DNA from: Thermoplasmata archaeon
GTDB lineage: Archaea > Thermoplasmatota > Thermoplasmata > Lutacidiplasmatales > UBA184
Direction: 5' to 3'
Assembly: GCA_035504595.1 (NCBI GenBank)
Contig: DATJRQ010000018.1
Coordinates: forward strand, 5,204-69,203
DNA: 64,000 nt
Position numbers and translations under genes: made by a program. Below the pieces are notes generated by a model that was not told the origin of the DNA, did no database searches, and was given only the letters and a program-made list of their open reading frames with translations. Shown here one piece after another: positions 19,101-26,564 of the stretch. Position 1 is the stretch's first letter. Each line of letters starts with the position of its first letter.

Positions 19101-20684
19101 TTCGTAGGCGACGAGCGCGGTGCGCGCGGCCTGGTCCCGCTCCGAGGAGCCTTCGGGCCGGTCGTAGGCGAGCATGAGGTACAGGTTCCCGCGCTCGATC
19201 GCGACATCGGTGCGGGTCGGATCGAGCCGGAACAGCTCGTCGAGCACCGGAGCGAGCTGCGCCGGGTCGTTGGTGCGCGCGACGACCTCCTTCTTCTCGA
19301 GGAGGTACGGAAGCTCGCCGGGATGCGCGGAGAGCAGCGCGTCGTACGCCATCAGCGCGCCGGCCGTGTCGCCGCTCGCGGAGAAGATCCGGGCAAGCTC
19401 GACCTGAGCCGCGACGTCCGACGGTTCCTCGGCGAGGATCGCCTGGGCGAACGCTTTTGCCGCGTCCGCCTGGTTCGCGCTGCGCGCGACTTCGAGCGCC
19501 TTTCGCAGGTCCCCGACGGCGTGAGGGTTCGCCGCCAGCAGGGCCTGGTATCCCTCGATCGCCCGGTCGACGTGACCGTCGGCGAGCTCGAGCTCGGCGA
19601 TCCCGCGGAGCGCCTCGAGGTGGTCCGGCTGCGCCACGAGCAGGGCCCGACAGGCACCGAGCGCAACGTCGACCCGGTCGAGTCGCACCCCCAGGTCCCG
19701 GAGTTCGACCAGATTCTGCAGGTTGCGCGGGTCGACCTCCTGAAGCCGCTTCCTCGCCGCGATGGCGAGGTCCGGTGCATCCGCCTCGACCGCGCGCGCG
19801 ATCTCGTCGAGCGCGGCGACGTCGGACGGTGTGGCCGACTCGACGATCCCTTGCGCCATGGGGACCGCATCCGAGGTCCGGTCGAGCTTGAACAGCGCGC
19901 GCACGTGGAGCACCGCGGCGCGCGGGTCGTTCGGAGCGACCTGGTGGACACGGTCGAGCGCCTCGAGCGCTTCGGACAGCCGACCGAGCGCCGCGAGGAG
20001 GTCCGCGCGGGCGAGGAGGAGCTCCGGGTCGTCGGGCGACGTCTTCAGAAGCTCCTCGCAGGCCGCCAACGCGGGAAGCTCCCCGCCGTGCGCCCGGGCG
20101 AGTTCCAGTTTCATTCGAAGCGCGCGCGCGTTGTCCGGCGCGAGCTTCAGGGCCTTGTCGACGTACTGCATCGAGGTGGCGTCGAGCTGCTGCGCGTGGA
20201 GGTACGCCTCGAGCGCTTCGGCGTTCTGGCCGAGGAGCTTCAGCGCGTCGCCGCGGGTCGCCCAGAGCCCCTTGTCGTGCGGATTCCCCTCGATCGCCCG
20301 GTCCGTGAGCGCGACGACCTCGGGGAGGTCCTCGTTCTGCGCGAGGAGGATGAGCGCCTTGTGATGAAGGAGCGACGAGCCGCCGGGCGCGAACTCGAGG
20401 CCCAGGTCGATCGCGCGCCGGGCGAAGGCGGGCTGCGAGGCCCGGTAGAACGCCATCGCCGTCTCGTCCAGCCACGGGGCGATCTCGGTCCCGGCGTCCG
20501 CGAGCTCCTTCGAGTGGGATTCGACGGTCGCGAGGAACGCCTTCAGCGCACGGGTGTACTGGTCGCGGTCGGTGCGTCCCTCCGCCTCGAGCGCCCCGCG
20601 ATAGCTACGGCGCACGTCCTCCAGCACGCCGGACGGGGCCGCGGGCGCCGGAGCGGGGGAGTCTGCCATCTTCCGTCGTGCCAC
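16128..20684 (-). CDS. Giant (1517-aa) TPR-repeat protein with a C-terminal Cys-rich zinc-ribbon/RING-like module and a basic Pro-rich tail
   Basis: More than 25 recognisable 34-aa TPR units (A..G....A...Y.RAL.L.P.N pattern) across ~1300 aa; C-terminal CVGCGG...CQHC...CPKCN cluster; GTG start. The 1507-aa plus-strand ORF opposite it is a shadow. Confidence 0.8.
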   Translation of the reverse strand: MARRKMADSPAPAPAAPSGVLEDVRRSYRGALEAEGRTDRDQYTRALKAFLATVESHSKELADAGTEIAPWLDETAMAFYRASQPAFARRAIDLGLEFAPGGSSLLHHKALILLAQNEDLPEVVALTDRAIEGNPHDKGLWATRGDALKLLGQNAEALEAYLHAQQLDATSMQYVDKALKLAPDNARALRMKLELARAHGGELPALAACEELLKTSPDDPELLLARADLLAALGRLSEALEALDRVHQVAPNDPRAAVLHVRALFKLDRTSDAVPMAQGIVESATPSDVAALDEIARAVEADAPDLAIAARKRLQEVDPRNLQNLVELRDLGVRLDRVDVALGACRALLVAQPDHLEALRGIAELELADGHVDRAIEGYQALLAANPHAVGDLRKALEVARSANQADAAKAFAQAILAEEPSDVAAQVELARIFSASGDTAGALMAYDALLSAHPGELPYLLEKKEVVARTNDPAQLAPVLDELFRLDPTRTDVAIERGNLYLMLAYDRPEGSSERDQAARTALVAYERASTDADAAPVSELGIARASRLVGDHDRAIWAYHAFLDREGNQMRNDVLKELGHALREAGRYSEATDAYTRAIAGGLEDPDLFWGAVEVLAHSNQEARALQLLDMLLAREPNNPMFLRKKGQILLASGRRPEALKVLQSAVQGVTGDAHAFFEVAEALRAQGAYADAIAYYRRGLEVDPKSRHGRLALAETLLLAGKYAEVVTLADQLLKEDPNEIAAWKARGDAWRALGRPSELLYSLTAILLLEPDNGPALLEKYHLHRDAGENKEALESLTKLLATHGPSAQDATLHLERGDLAASLGLAEEANRSYERAAEIDPVYRVEIAIRRARLRLSSGRPDLALEVLDEGLKAAPAGAPANVAALLLRAEVLTALERPAEARAVYDEVRQREPRSPLAIAGTARSLLDEGRHADALELLRQSIPQVPPQESLYLLLAEAESGLGHLDPASDALKKGVEVLPKSTALWVRWGELGVARQAWPDAANAFAHALSLAPAATDVLLRAGFVAERLNHPNEALSFYERATEADPGNKQAWTSRGVALLATGRPTDAQTSFERALALDSDFGPAKDGKKLAAQKTRDAEISRYGREALLLEAKLNRTVAKNDLFVTLHVPYEYLEPVLAAIGRPPDLKLDRIEVAEIHDLENASYHLVTQALERRPPGIERRGFTMADVAVMSPPGYSLDQVQRLFGYLKAVLEADLRPENLKLTPDVEELARKALVLPPEQRTLFQLVRSLRVGIYKARLIKVVEEAGSAVHAPLPTLDLGAYGPEFRAKEADAGAPALPVSGDTYFAPENQPSPSPGASPAGPPAFSPSVTTAASQSAASPRCVGCGGIASVLHSCGAPLCQHCIGTFPKCPKCNQPVTTDNTRAAAGVTLHSASGRAASAPSSGLRGVFQRSKGPSSRTGGGSPLRKDHPGGVSGSPKPKPSPSGPATGSSTPMKDNSGSATAKSAPAPSADGSPSGTTVPEPPAPPPAPVVKPRRDKGDDEPRL

Positions 20685-20788
20685 CTAACTCGAGGTCTAA
20701 ATACTCCCGTTCAACGAGAAGGCCCTTTCCCCTCTCCGTCCCCCGCGCTCGTCCATCGTCTTATCCTCCGGCATCGTTCCGGAGCGGC

Positions 20789-22042
20789 GTGCCGGCCCGA
20801 TCCTCGTCGGGGTCCTCCCGCAAATCCATCTTCGACCCGGTCCACGGGCAGATCGCCCTCGACGCGACCGCGCTCGCGCTGATCTCCACGCCCGAGTTCC
20901 AGCGCCTCTGGGGGATCCGGCAGACAGGATTCGCCCACCTCGTCTTTCCCGGCGCGAACCACACGCGGCTCGAGCACTCGCTCGGGACGTACTGGGTCGC
21001 GGTACGCTTCGCCGAACGGCTCGGGGTGGCGCCCGCCGAGGGGCGGACCCTGGCGCTCGGCGCGCTCCTGCACGACCTCGGTCACGCTCCGTTCTCCCAC
21101 ACCCTGGACGGGCCGATGCGCGAAGCGCTCGGACACGGTCACGAAGCGGTCTCCCGTTCCATCATCCTCGGCGAGGAGGGGTCGCCCGGCGCGATCCCCC
21201 GCGTCCTGCGATCCCGCGGCGTCGACCCGGCCGAGGTCGCCGAGCTCGTCGAACCCCAACGGCGCGGCGTGTCGCGTTGGCTGGGGTCGATCCTGCACGG
21301 CGCGATCGACGCCGACCGGATCGATTACCTCCAGCGGGACGCCCACTACACCGGGGTGGCCCACGGGGCGATCGACGCGGTCCGATTGCTCGACACGATC
21401 CGGGTGCTCGGGGGACGCGTCGTCTACGCGGAGAAGGGGCGCAGCGCGGTCGAGGGATTTCTCGTCGGTCGGGCGCTGATGTACTCGACCGTGTACTTCC
21501 ACAAGACCGTCCGTTCGGCGGAGATGATGGCCCAGGGCGCGGTCGAGCGGCAGGCGGGCTTTCCCGAGAGCGCGCCCGCGGTCTTCGGCTGGACCGACGG
21601 CGAATTGCTCGCGCGGCTCAAGAACGTCGGCGGACCGCCGGGCGAACTGGTGCGGGGGTTGCTCGAGCGCCGTCTGTACAAACGCGCTCACGGATGGCGC
21701 GAACTGTCGTCGGCGGCGCACGGTCGATGGCGCCGGCTCGCGCACCGGCCCCCCGAGCGGCGGGCGCTGGAGGACGAGATCGCCGGACGGCTCGGCGCGC
21801 GGCCGGGGGCCGTGCTGATCGACCTCGCCGGCATCGAAGTGCGCGGCGACCCGATCGAGGATTGGTCGGACGTCGGGGTGATGGCCGGTCGGCGCGTCAC
21901 CTACCCGTTCCGGGGTCCGGGCCCGTGGCACGCTCTCGTCAACCGGCCGCCAGCCGACTGGCCGGTCAGCGTTTACGTCGCGCCGCGCTTCCGGGGTCGT
22001 GCGACGCGGCTCCTGGAGCGGGATCCCGCCTTCTTGCCCTGA
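20789..22042 (+). CDS. HD-domain phosphohydrolase (dGTPase/SAMHD1-like dNTP triphosphohydrolase family); start uncertain
   Basis: HTRLEHSLGT...LLHDLGHAPFSH metal-binding motifs; size fits dNTPases. The ORF-track start (20678) overlaps the TPR gene start, so it was reset to GTG ~20789, just before the conserved IFDPVHG N-terminus. Confidence 0.65.
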   Translation: MPARSSSGSSRKSIFDPVHGQIALDATALALISTPEFQRLWGIRQTGFAHLVFPGANHTRLEHSLGTYWVAVRFAERLGVAPAEGRTLALGALLHDLGHAPFSHTLDGPMREALGHGHEAVSRSIILGEEGSPGAIPRVLRSRGVDPAEVAELVEPQRRGVSRWLGSILHGAIDADRIDYLQRDAHYTGVAHGAIDAVRLLDTIRVLGGRVVYAEKGRSAVEGFLVGRALMYSTVYFHKTVRSAEMMAQGAVERQAGFPESAPAVFGWTDGELLARLKNVGGPPGELVRGLLERRLYKRAHGWRELSSAAHGRWRRLAHRPPERRALEDEIAGRLGARPGAVLIDLAGIEVRGDPIEDWSDVGVMAGRRVTYPFRGPGPWHALVNRPPADWPVSVYVAPRFRGRATRLLERDPAFLP

Positions 22043-22467
22043 GTCGGCGGTGCTCGCCCCGCCGCTCCCAGTATGCGCTTCCACTGGGCCGACGTGACGG
22101 GCATGACCGAGAGGCGCGAGATCCGGAACAGGATGAAATCGGAGAGGGCGGGGTCGGAGCGCATCTCGGAGAGCGACACCGCGCGCGCCAGCGCTCGGCT
22201 CGGTTCGATGACGACCGACCAGGAGCCCCGATCGTCGTTCGGGTCGGGGTGCGGGGCGCCGGCGACCCGGGCGATGCCGACCGCGGAGCGCTCGCTCCCC
22301 GAGTGATAGAACAGGAGCTCGTCGCCGGGACGCATCCGCTTCAGGTGGAGGAGGGCGGTCGCGTTGTGGACGCCGTTCCACTCGGTGCGCCGCTCGCGCT
22401 CAAGGTCCCCGTACGAGTAGACACTGGGTTCCGACTTGGCGAGCCAGTACGCCATACCGGCGGGCAA
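21973..22467 (-). CDS. EVE (PUA-like) domain protein
   Basis: YWLAKSEP...W.GV.N..A...L..M.PGD...FYHS...VGIARV...PDP pattern typical of EVE domains; basic C-terminal tail. Converges on and overlaps the HD gene by ~70 nt. Confidence 0.7.
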   Translation of the reverse strand: MPAGMAYWLAKSEPSVYSYGDLERERRTEWNGVHNATALLHLKRMRPGDELLFYHSGSERSAVGIARVAGAPHPDPNDDRGSWSVVIEPSRALARAVSLSEMRSDPALSDFILFRISRLSVMPVTSAQWKRILGAAGRAPPTQGKKAGSRSRSRVARPRKRGAT

Positions 22468-22501
22468 GGCATGGGGGGGGTAACGGTGTCGGCCGCTCGT
22501 C

Positions 22502-23284
22502 CTACCCGAGGACGATCCCCTGCGTGGTGATCGCGAACGGCCGCCGTTCCGGGTCGTGGGCCGCGCCGCGCATCCGGACGATCTTGATCTGGCGGACGGA
22601 GCGGTCGCCGATCCATTTGCGCGTGAGGAGGATCTCGCCCCGGGTCAGCACCTCTTCCGGCGTGAGCAGCGCCGGATTGCCGGGGGTCGCCGTGATCAGC
22701 GCCGTGACGTTCTGCTCGGAGAGGAACCGCAGCAGCGACTGGATCTCCGTCCGCTCGGCCTGCGGGTCCTGGGAGGATTTCACCGCGAACCGACGGACCG
22801 ACGTGATCGAGTCGATCACGAGCCGTCGGAACGGCACGTTGGCCATCTGCTGGCGGAGCTTCAGATAGATCGACTGGATCGAGATATCCTCGACCTCCGC
22901 CGCCTTCTTCTCGGGCGAGGCGAGGTCTCGCATCGACTTCAGGTCCGACATCGTGCGGATCTCCTGGACCGCGGCCTGCCGCTTGAACGCCCGCGTCCCC
23001 GGGTTCGCGTCCAGCGTCTTCACCGCGGAGAGGTCCCATCCGAACGCGTGGACGTTCTCGATGATCTCGTTGGGGGGCTCATCGACCGCGACGAGCAGCA
23101 CTTCCTCGCCGCGCCGGATCCCCTCGAGAAGGAACGTGAGCGAAAGGAGCGTCTTGCCGCTGCCGGTCGCGCCGGTGACCAGGTAGGGCCGCCCCGCGAT
23201 CAAACCGCCGCCCAGCATCCGGTCGAGTCCGGGGACCCCGGTGGGCACGCGGTTCTGGAGAGTCGGCGGCACCGGAATCGTCAT
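22502..23284 (-). CDS. KaiC-like RecA-superfamily ATPase (single domain)
   Basis: GVPGLDRMLGGGL..G...LVTGATGSGKT Walker A and a KaiC-type body; 4-nt overlap with the upstream KaiC-like gene. Confidence 0.8.
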   Translation of the reverse strand: MTIPVPPTLQNRVPTGVPGLDRMLGGGLIAGRPYLVTGATGSGKTLLSLTFLLEGIRRGEEVLLVAVDEPPNEIIENVHAFGWDLSAVKTLDANPGTRAFKRQAAVQEIRTMSDLKSMRDLASPEKKAAEVEDISIQSIYLKLRQQMANVPFRRLVIDSITSVRRFAVKSSQDPQAERTEIQSLLRFLSEQNVTALITATPGNPALLTPEEVLTRGEILLTRKWIGDRSVRQIKIVRMRGAAHDPERRPFAITTQGIVLG

Positions 23285-25968
23285 TCGGCGGGTTTCTCGG
23301 GCGCGTCCTCAGAGGGCGGAGGCGGGGCCTCCCCTTGACCTTGCACGTCCGGTGGCGACGTTCCCTCCGTGGCCGAGATCACCGAGGGCGCCTTCTTCTT
23401 GCGGACCGCCCGCTTGCGCGGTTTCGGGGGGGCCGGGGGGACCGTCCCTTCCGAAACGGGAGTTTCGACCCCGCCGGCGGGTGCACTGACACCGGTCGGT
23501 TCCGACGCAGGCGACTCGGTCGCGGCCCTCGGTTCGACCTTGCGAGGAACCTTCGGCGCGCGCTTGGCCCTGCGTTTGGCCGGCGCGGCCGGTGGCGCGG
23601 TGGTCGGAAGCGCGGGCGGCGTGATCGTCTCCCGGGCAGCGGGGGCCGGCTCGCTGGCTGGCGACGGGGCGGGGGGAGTTGGGGGGACCGATTCGGTCGG
23701 GGGGGGCACCGGTACGGCCGGCCGTTCGCGGGGGGAAGCTGCCGGCGGCGGCGTGGGGACAACACCGGGGGTTCGAGTGGGGAGGGGAGGGGGCGCCGAG
23801 GGATCACGAGCGGGCGCTGAACCTTTCGCGGCGAGGTCACGGATCCCCGCAGGGGCCGCGGTCGCCGGAGGGACCCCACCCGCGCTAGCCTTGCCGGGCG
23901 AGCCCGAGCTCCGGGTGAGTCCGCTCGGAAGCGCGGGGGGCTCGGGGGGCGCCGTCCGGCGGGGCGAAGGGGCGGCCCGCGAGGGCGGCACAGCGCGTGG
24001 TGTCGCGACGGCGCCGGTCGGAGGGGCCGCCGGACGCGGGGGTAGGGGGCGTGAGACCGGTTCCGCGGTGAGCCCACTCGCGGACGCCGGTGCCGGCGCC
24101 GCTACAGCCGGTTCCGGGGCCACCGAGGTCGGAACGGACGCCGAAGGCTCGGCCACCGGAACCAGCGGGACGGGAGAGGGGGCCGCCGACGGCGGTGGAG
24201 TCGAAGAGGATTCGACGGGTTCCACGGGCGGCCGGGGCGCGATGGGGGCCGTGACCACGCGGGGAACGTCCGCCGGCTCCGCTACCGGAGGGGCCGGCTC
24301 GGGCATCGGTGCTGACGCGACCGGAACTTCCACCGGCGCGGGGGCCGCGGCGGGCGGGAGGGCTTCCTCGGGCGTCGGAACCGCGGCGGGCCCCGCCGGC
24401 ATCGGCTCGGGCTCGGGGGGCGGGGGGGGTGTCGCCACCGCAGGAGCCGGTGGTACCGGCGCGGGGGCCTCGGGGGCGACCACGGCGGGCGGAGAGGGTG
24501 GCGGAGCCGGTGCCGGAGCCGGTGGCGGAGCCGGCGGCGGCGCACTCTCGGGCGCCCCCGCGGGCTCGGGCGCCGGGATCTCACTCCCGGTCGACGTGGG
24601 AGGGGCCGGCTCGGGCGGTGGCGGAACGGGCGCCGGGACCGGCGTCACCGCACGCGGGACTCCACGACGGCCGCCGCCGGTCGGTGCGGAAGGGGTTCCG
24701 GAAACGACCGGAGCGATAGGGGCAACGGTCGGAGGGGGGGGCGCCGATGCGGGAGTTTCCGGAGCTTCGGGAGCTACGGGAGACAGCGGCTCCGTGACGG
24801 GCGCCACGATTCCTGCGCCGGTCGGTAGCACCGTCAGCAGCATCTCGAGCTGCCGCTGCAGCTCGGCGCTCGGAGGCAACTGAGTGGGGGCGAACCCGGC
24901 GCGCGCTTCGCTCGCCCGAGCGACGACACGCATGAGCGCGGCGGAAGCCTCGGGAGTACGTTTCGAGGCATCGGGCGGAGGAATGTTCCGGTACGCGCCG
25001 GCCACGTCCATCGCCAGAGCGCTCGCGCGAGCGACATGTCCGGGAACCTCGGCGACCTCCCCCTGCCGGACCCCGGCGAGGGCCGCTTCGATCTCGGCCC
25101 GGATCGGGCCCACGTCCGCCTCGATGAGGACGAGGTCGCGCACCTGTTCGAGGAGCGGGTCCATCGTGCCGCCCGCGTACTTCGACGTCGGCAGGGCCGC
25201 CGCGCCGGCCGCCGGTTGCGCTTCGATGATCTGCCGGGTATCCCGGGAGATCGTGACCGAGAGATTGATGTCGATGCCCTGCGGTCCGATGCGGTACGGA
25301 TGAAGCCGGATGTCGTGCGAGCTCCCGCGGAACTTCTCGACGCCGATCGCCCGGACCGTCGCGTTCTCGAGCTCCCATCGGAAGAGCCGGATCTCCCCTC
25401 GGGCGAGCATCCGTTCGGTCGTGTCCGCGTCCTCAATCGGGGACTCGACCGTGAGGAACGTCGTGACCTGGAGGTCCGAGAGGAATCGCAGGAACGTCTG
25501 CGCACCCGCGACCTCGTTGAACCCCTTCATGCAGAAGTACTGGAGCGCCGTCAGAGAGTCGATCACCACCCGCGTGAAACCACGGCGGGTGACCTCGGCC
25601 CGGAGCATCTGCTCGAGCGCCGTGATCGTGACCTCGACGCCGGTCAGCTCGGGCGTGCGCCGGATGACGAACGGCACCTGGCCGAACGGCATCGAAGCGC
25701 GGACCGCGGAGATGTCCTTGAACGGGACGCGCTCGTACCGCATCACGTCGGGGATCGCGTCGAACACCTCGACCCGGTCGAACTCCGGACCGAGCCCGCG
25801 GTGATTCAGCCGAGCCTCGTTCGGGGGCTCCTCGAGCGTGACGAGCAACCCGCGCTCCCCTCGGCGGACCCCTTCGCAGAGGAACTGGAGGGCGAGGGTC
25901 GACTTGCCCGACCCGGACGGTCCGACGATCAAGTACGGGCGCCGAGCGATCACGCCGCCGTCCAGCAT
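23281..25968 (-). CDS. KaiC-like ATPase (~260 aa) fused to a ~600-aa Pro/Ala/Glu-rich disordered tail with a basic C-terminus
   Basis: N-terminus MLDGGV..RPYLIVGPSGSGKST (Walker A) + KaiC body, then ~600 aa of P/A/E/V-rich low complexity ending in KRRAKRAPKVPRK...PKPRKRAVRKKKAP. The in-frame upstream sequence encodes ...ISTGNAGLDA immediately before the ATG, with no alternative start before the stop. Confidence 0.75.
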   Translation of the reverse strand: MLDGGVIARRPYLIVGPSGSGKSTLALQFLCEGVRRGERGLLVTLEEPPNEARLNHRGLGPEFDRVEVFDAIPDVMRYERVPFKDISAVRASMPFGQVPFVIRRTPELTGVEVTITALEQMLRAEVTRRGFTRVVIDSLTALQYFCMKGFNEVAGAQTFLRFLSDLQVTTFLTVESPIEDADTTERMLARGEIRLFRWELENATVRAIGVEKFRGSSHDIRLHPYRIGPQGIDINLSVTISRDTRQIIEAQPAAGAAALPTSKYAGGTMDPLLEQVRDLVLIEADVGPIRAEIEAALAGVRQGEVAEVPGHVARASALAMDVAGAYRNIPPPDASKRTPEASAALMRVVARASEARAGFAPTQLPPSAELQRQLEMLLTVLPTGAGIVAPVTEPLSPVAPEAPETPASAPPPPTVAPIAPVVSGTPSAPTGGGRRGVPRAVTPVPAPVPPPPEPAPPTSTGSEIPAPEPAGAPESAPPPAPPPAPAPAPPPSPPAVVAPEAPAPVPPAPAVATPPPPPEPEPMPAGPAAVPTPEEALPPAAAPAPVEVPVASAPMPEPAPPVAEPADVPRVVTAPIAPRPPVEPVESSSTPPPSAAPSPVPLVPVAEPSASVPTSVAPEPAVAAPAPASASGLTAEPVSRPLPPRPAAPPTGAVATPRAVPPSRAAPSPRRTAPPEPPALPSGLTRSSGSPGKASAGGVPPATAAPAGIRDLAAKGSAPARDPSAPPPLPTRTPGVVPTPPPAASPRERPAVPVPPPTESVPPTPPAPSPASEPAPAARETITPPALPTTAPPAAPAKRRAKRAPKVPRKVEPRAATESPASEPTGVSAPAGGVETPVSEGTVPPAPPKPRKRAVRKKKAPSVISATEGTSPPDVQGQGEAPPPPSEDAPEKPAE
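23330..25100 (-). repeat. Low-complexity Pro/Ala-rich coding region (GC-rich GGn/GCn codon repeats), not a true tandem DNA repeat
   Basis: ~1.7 kb of compositionally biased sequence encoding PAPAPAPPP..., PEPAPP..., etc.; the units are imperfect. Confidence 0.5.
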
Positions 25969-26214
25969 CGCGTCGAGCCCGGCATTGCCGGTCGAGATGC
26001 GGGGCTCGGGCTCCGACGCTGACGGAACTCGTGCGGACGCGGTGTCCTCCCCGCGGCGCGCCGCCCGCGAGCAGGGTCGCCGCAGTCGTACGAGGCCCGA
26101 CCCGCGCTAAGTAGTTTCGGGACGCCCGGCGGTGACGACGGCGTCGCGCGCACCGGTGCGGCGCCGGTTCGACGCAGGAGCCTAATAGGGGCGGCCGTCC
26201 TCCGCGCGCCGGGT

Positions 26215-26334
26215 GCTGAGGTAGCCTAGCTCGGCCAAGGCGCCAGATTCGAGATCTGGTGGTGCGTATGCATCGCGGGAGTTCAAAGGGCCGCCGGGGG
26301 CGTGCTCCGGGGCCGGAAACTCTCCCCCTCAGCG
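26215..26334 (+). tRNA. tRNA-Ser (anticodon CGA) with a ~33-nt intron in the T-loop (exons ~26215-26287 and 26321-26334)
   Basis: Hand-folded: acceptor GCTGAGG/CCTCAGC; D-stem GCC/GGC; anticodon stem CCAGA/TCTGG with loop TTCGAGA (CGA); long variable arm; T-stem GGGAG/CTCCC with TTCAAA-[intron GGGCCGCCGGGGGCGTGCTCCGGGGCCGGAAAC]-T. The architecture and intron position are identical to the tRNA at 2805. Upstream CTAATAGG lies ~27 nt before the 5' end (TATA-like). Confidence 0.7.
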
Positions 26335-26363
26335 CCTCCACCTCGGGGACGGTTCGCGTCTGG

Positions 26364-26564
26364 GTGGAACTGACCCGGGCTGGTTCGGTGGAGCGGCGCC
26401 GGCTGACGGTCCCGAAGGGCACCCGCGTGCGGGCGGTGCTCCGGTCGCTGGGACAGTCCCCCGAAGGGAGCGCGGTGCTGGTCGGCGAGGTTTCGATACC
26501 GCTCGACACCCCGATCGAGCAGCCGACCCGGCTCACCGTCCTTCCGACGTTCTCGGGCGGTTGA
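26364..26564 (+). CDS. ThiS/MoaD/SAMP-like beta-grasp protein (66 aa) ending in Gly-Gly
   Basis: VELTRAGSVERRRLTVPKGTRVRAVLRSLGQSPEGSAVLVGEVSIPLDTPIEQPTRLTVLPTFSGG matches the ThiS pattern, including 'LxDGDxVxIxPxxSGG'. The ORF-track start (26259) lies inside the tRNA, so the start was reset to GTG 26364. The stop overlaps the next gene's ATG (ATGA). Confidence 0.6.
   Translation: MELTRAGSVERRRLTVPKGTRVRAVLRSLGQSPEGSAVLVGEVSIPLDTPIEQPTRLTVLPTFSGG

Noticed and set aside
20678-20788. ORF-track start of the HD gene overlapping the TPR gene start
   Set aside because: The N-terminal 37 residues are Arg/Ser/Pro-rich and overlap the divergent gene's start and promoter. The conserved HD N-terminus (IFDPVHG) begins just after GTG ~20789.
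16359-20882. 1507-aa plus-strand ORF
   Set aside because: Antisense shadow of the TPR giant: Arg/Gly/Pro-rich composition with no repeats or motifs, whereas the minus strand shows a clear 34-aa TPR periodicity.
23330-25100. Possible tandem DNA repeat or CRISPR-like periodicity in the GC-rich region
   Set aside because: Periodicity is imperfect and codon-level (Pro/Ala codons), with no spacer/repeat structure. It is an in-frame low-complexity coding region.
26150-26214. GGTTCGACGC motif upstream of the tRNA-Ser(CGA)
   Set aside because: T-loop-like sequence but no flanking T-stem or acceptor complementarity; likely coincidental.
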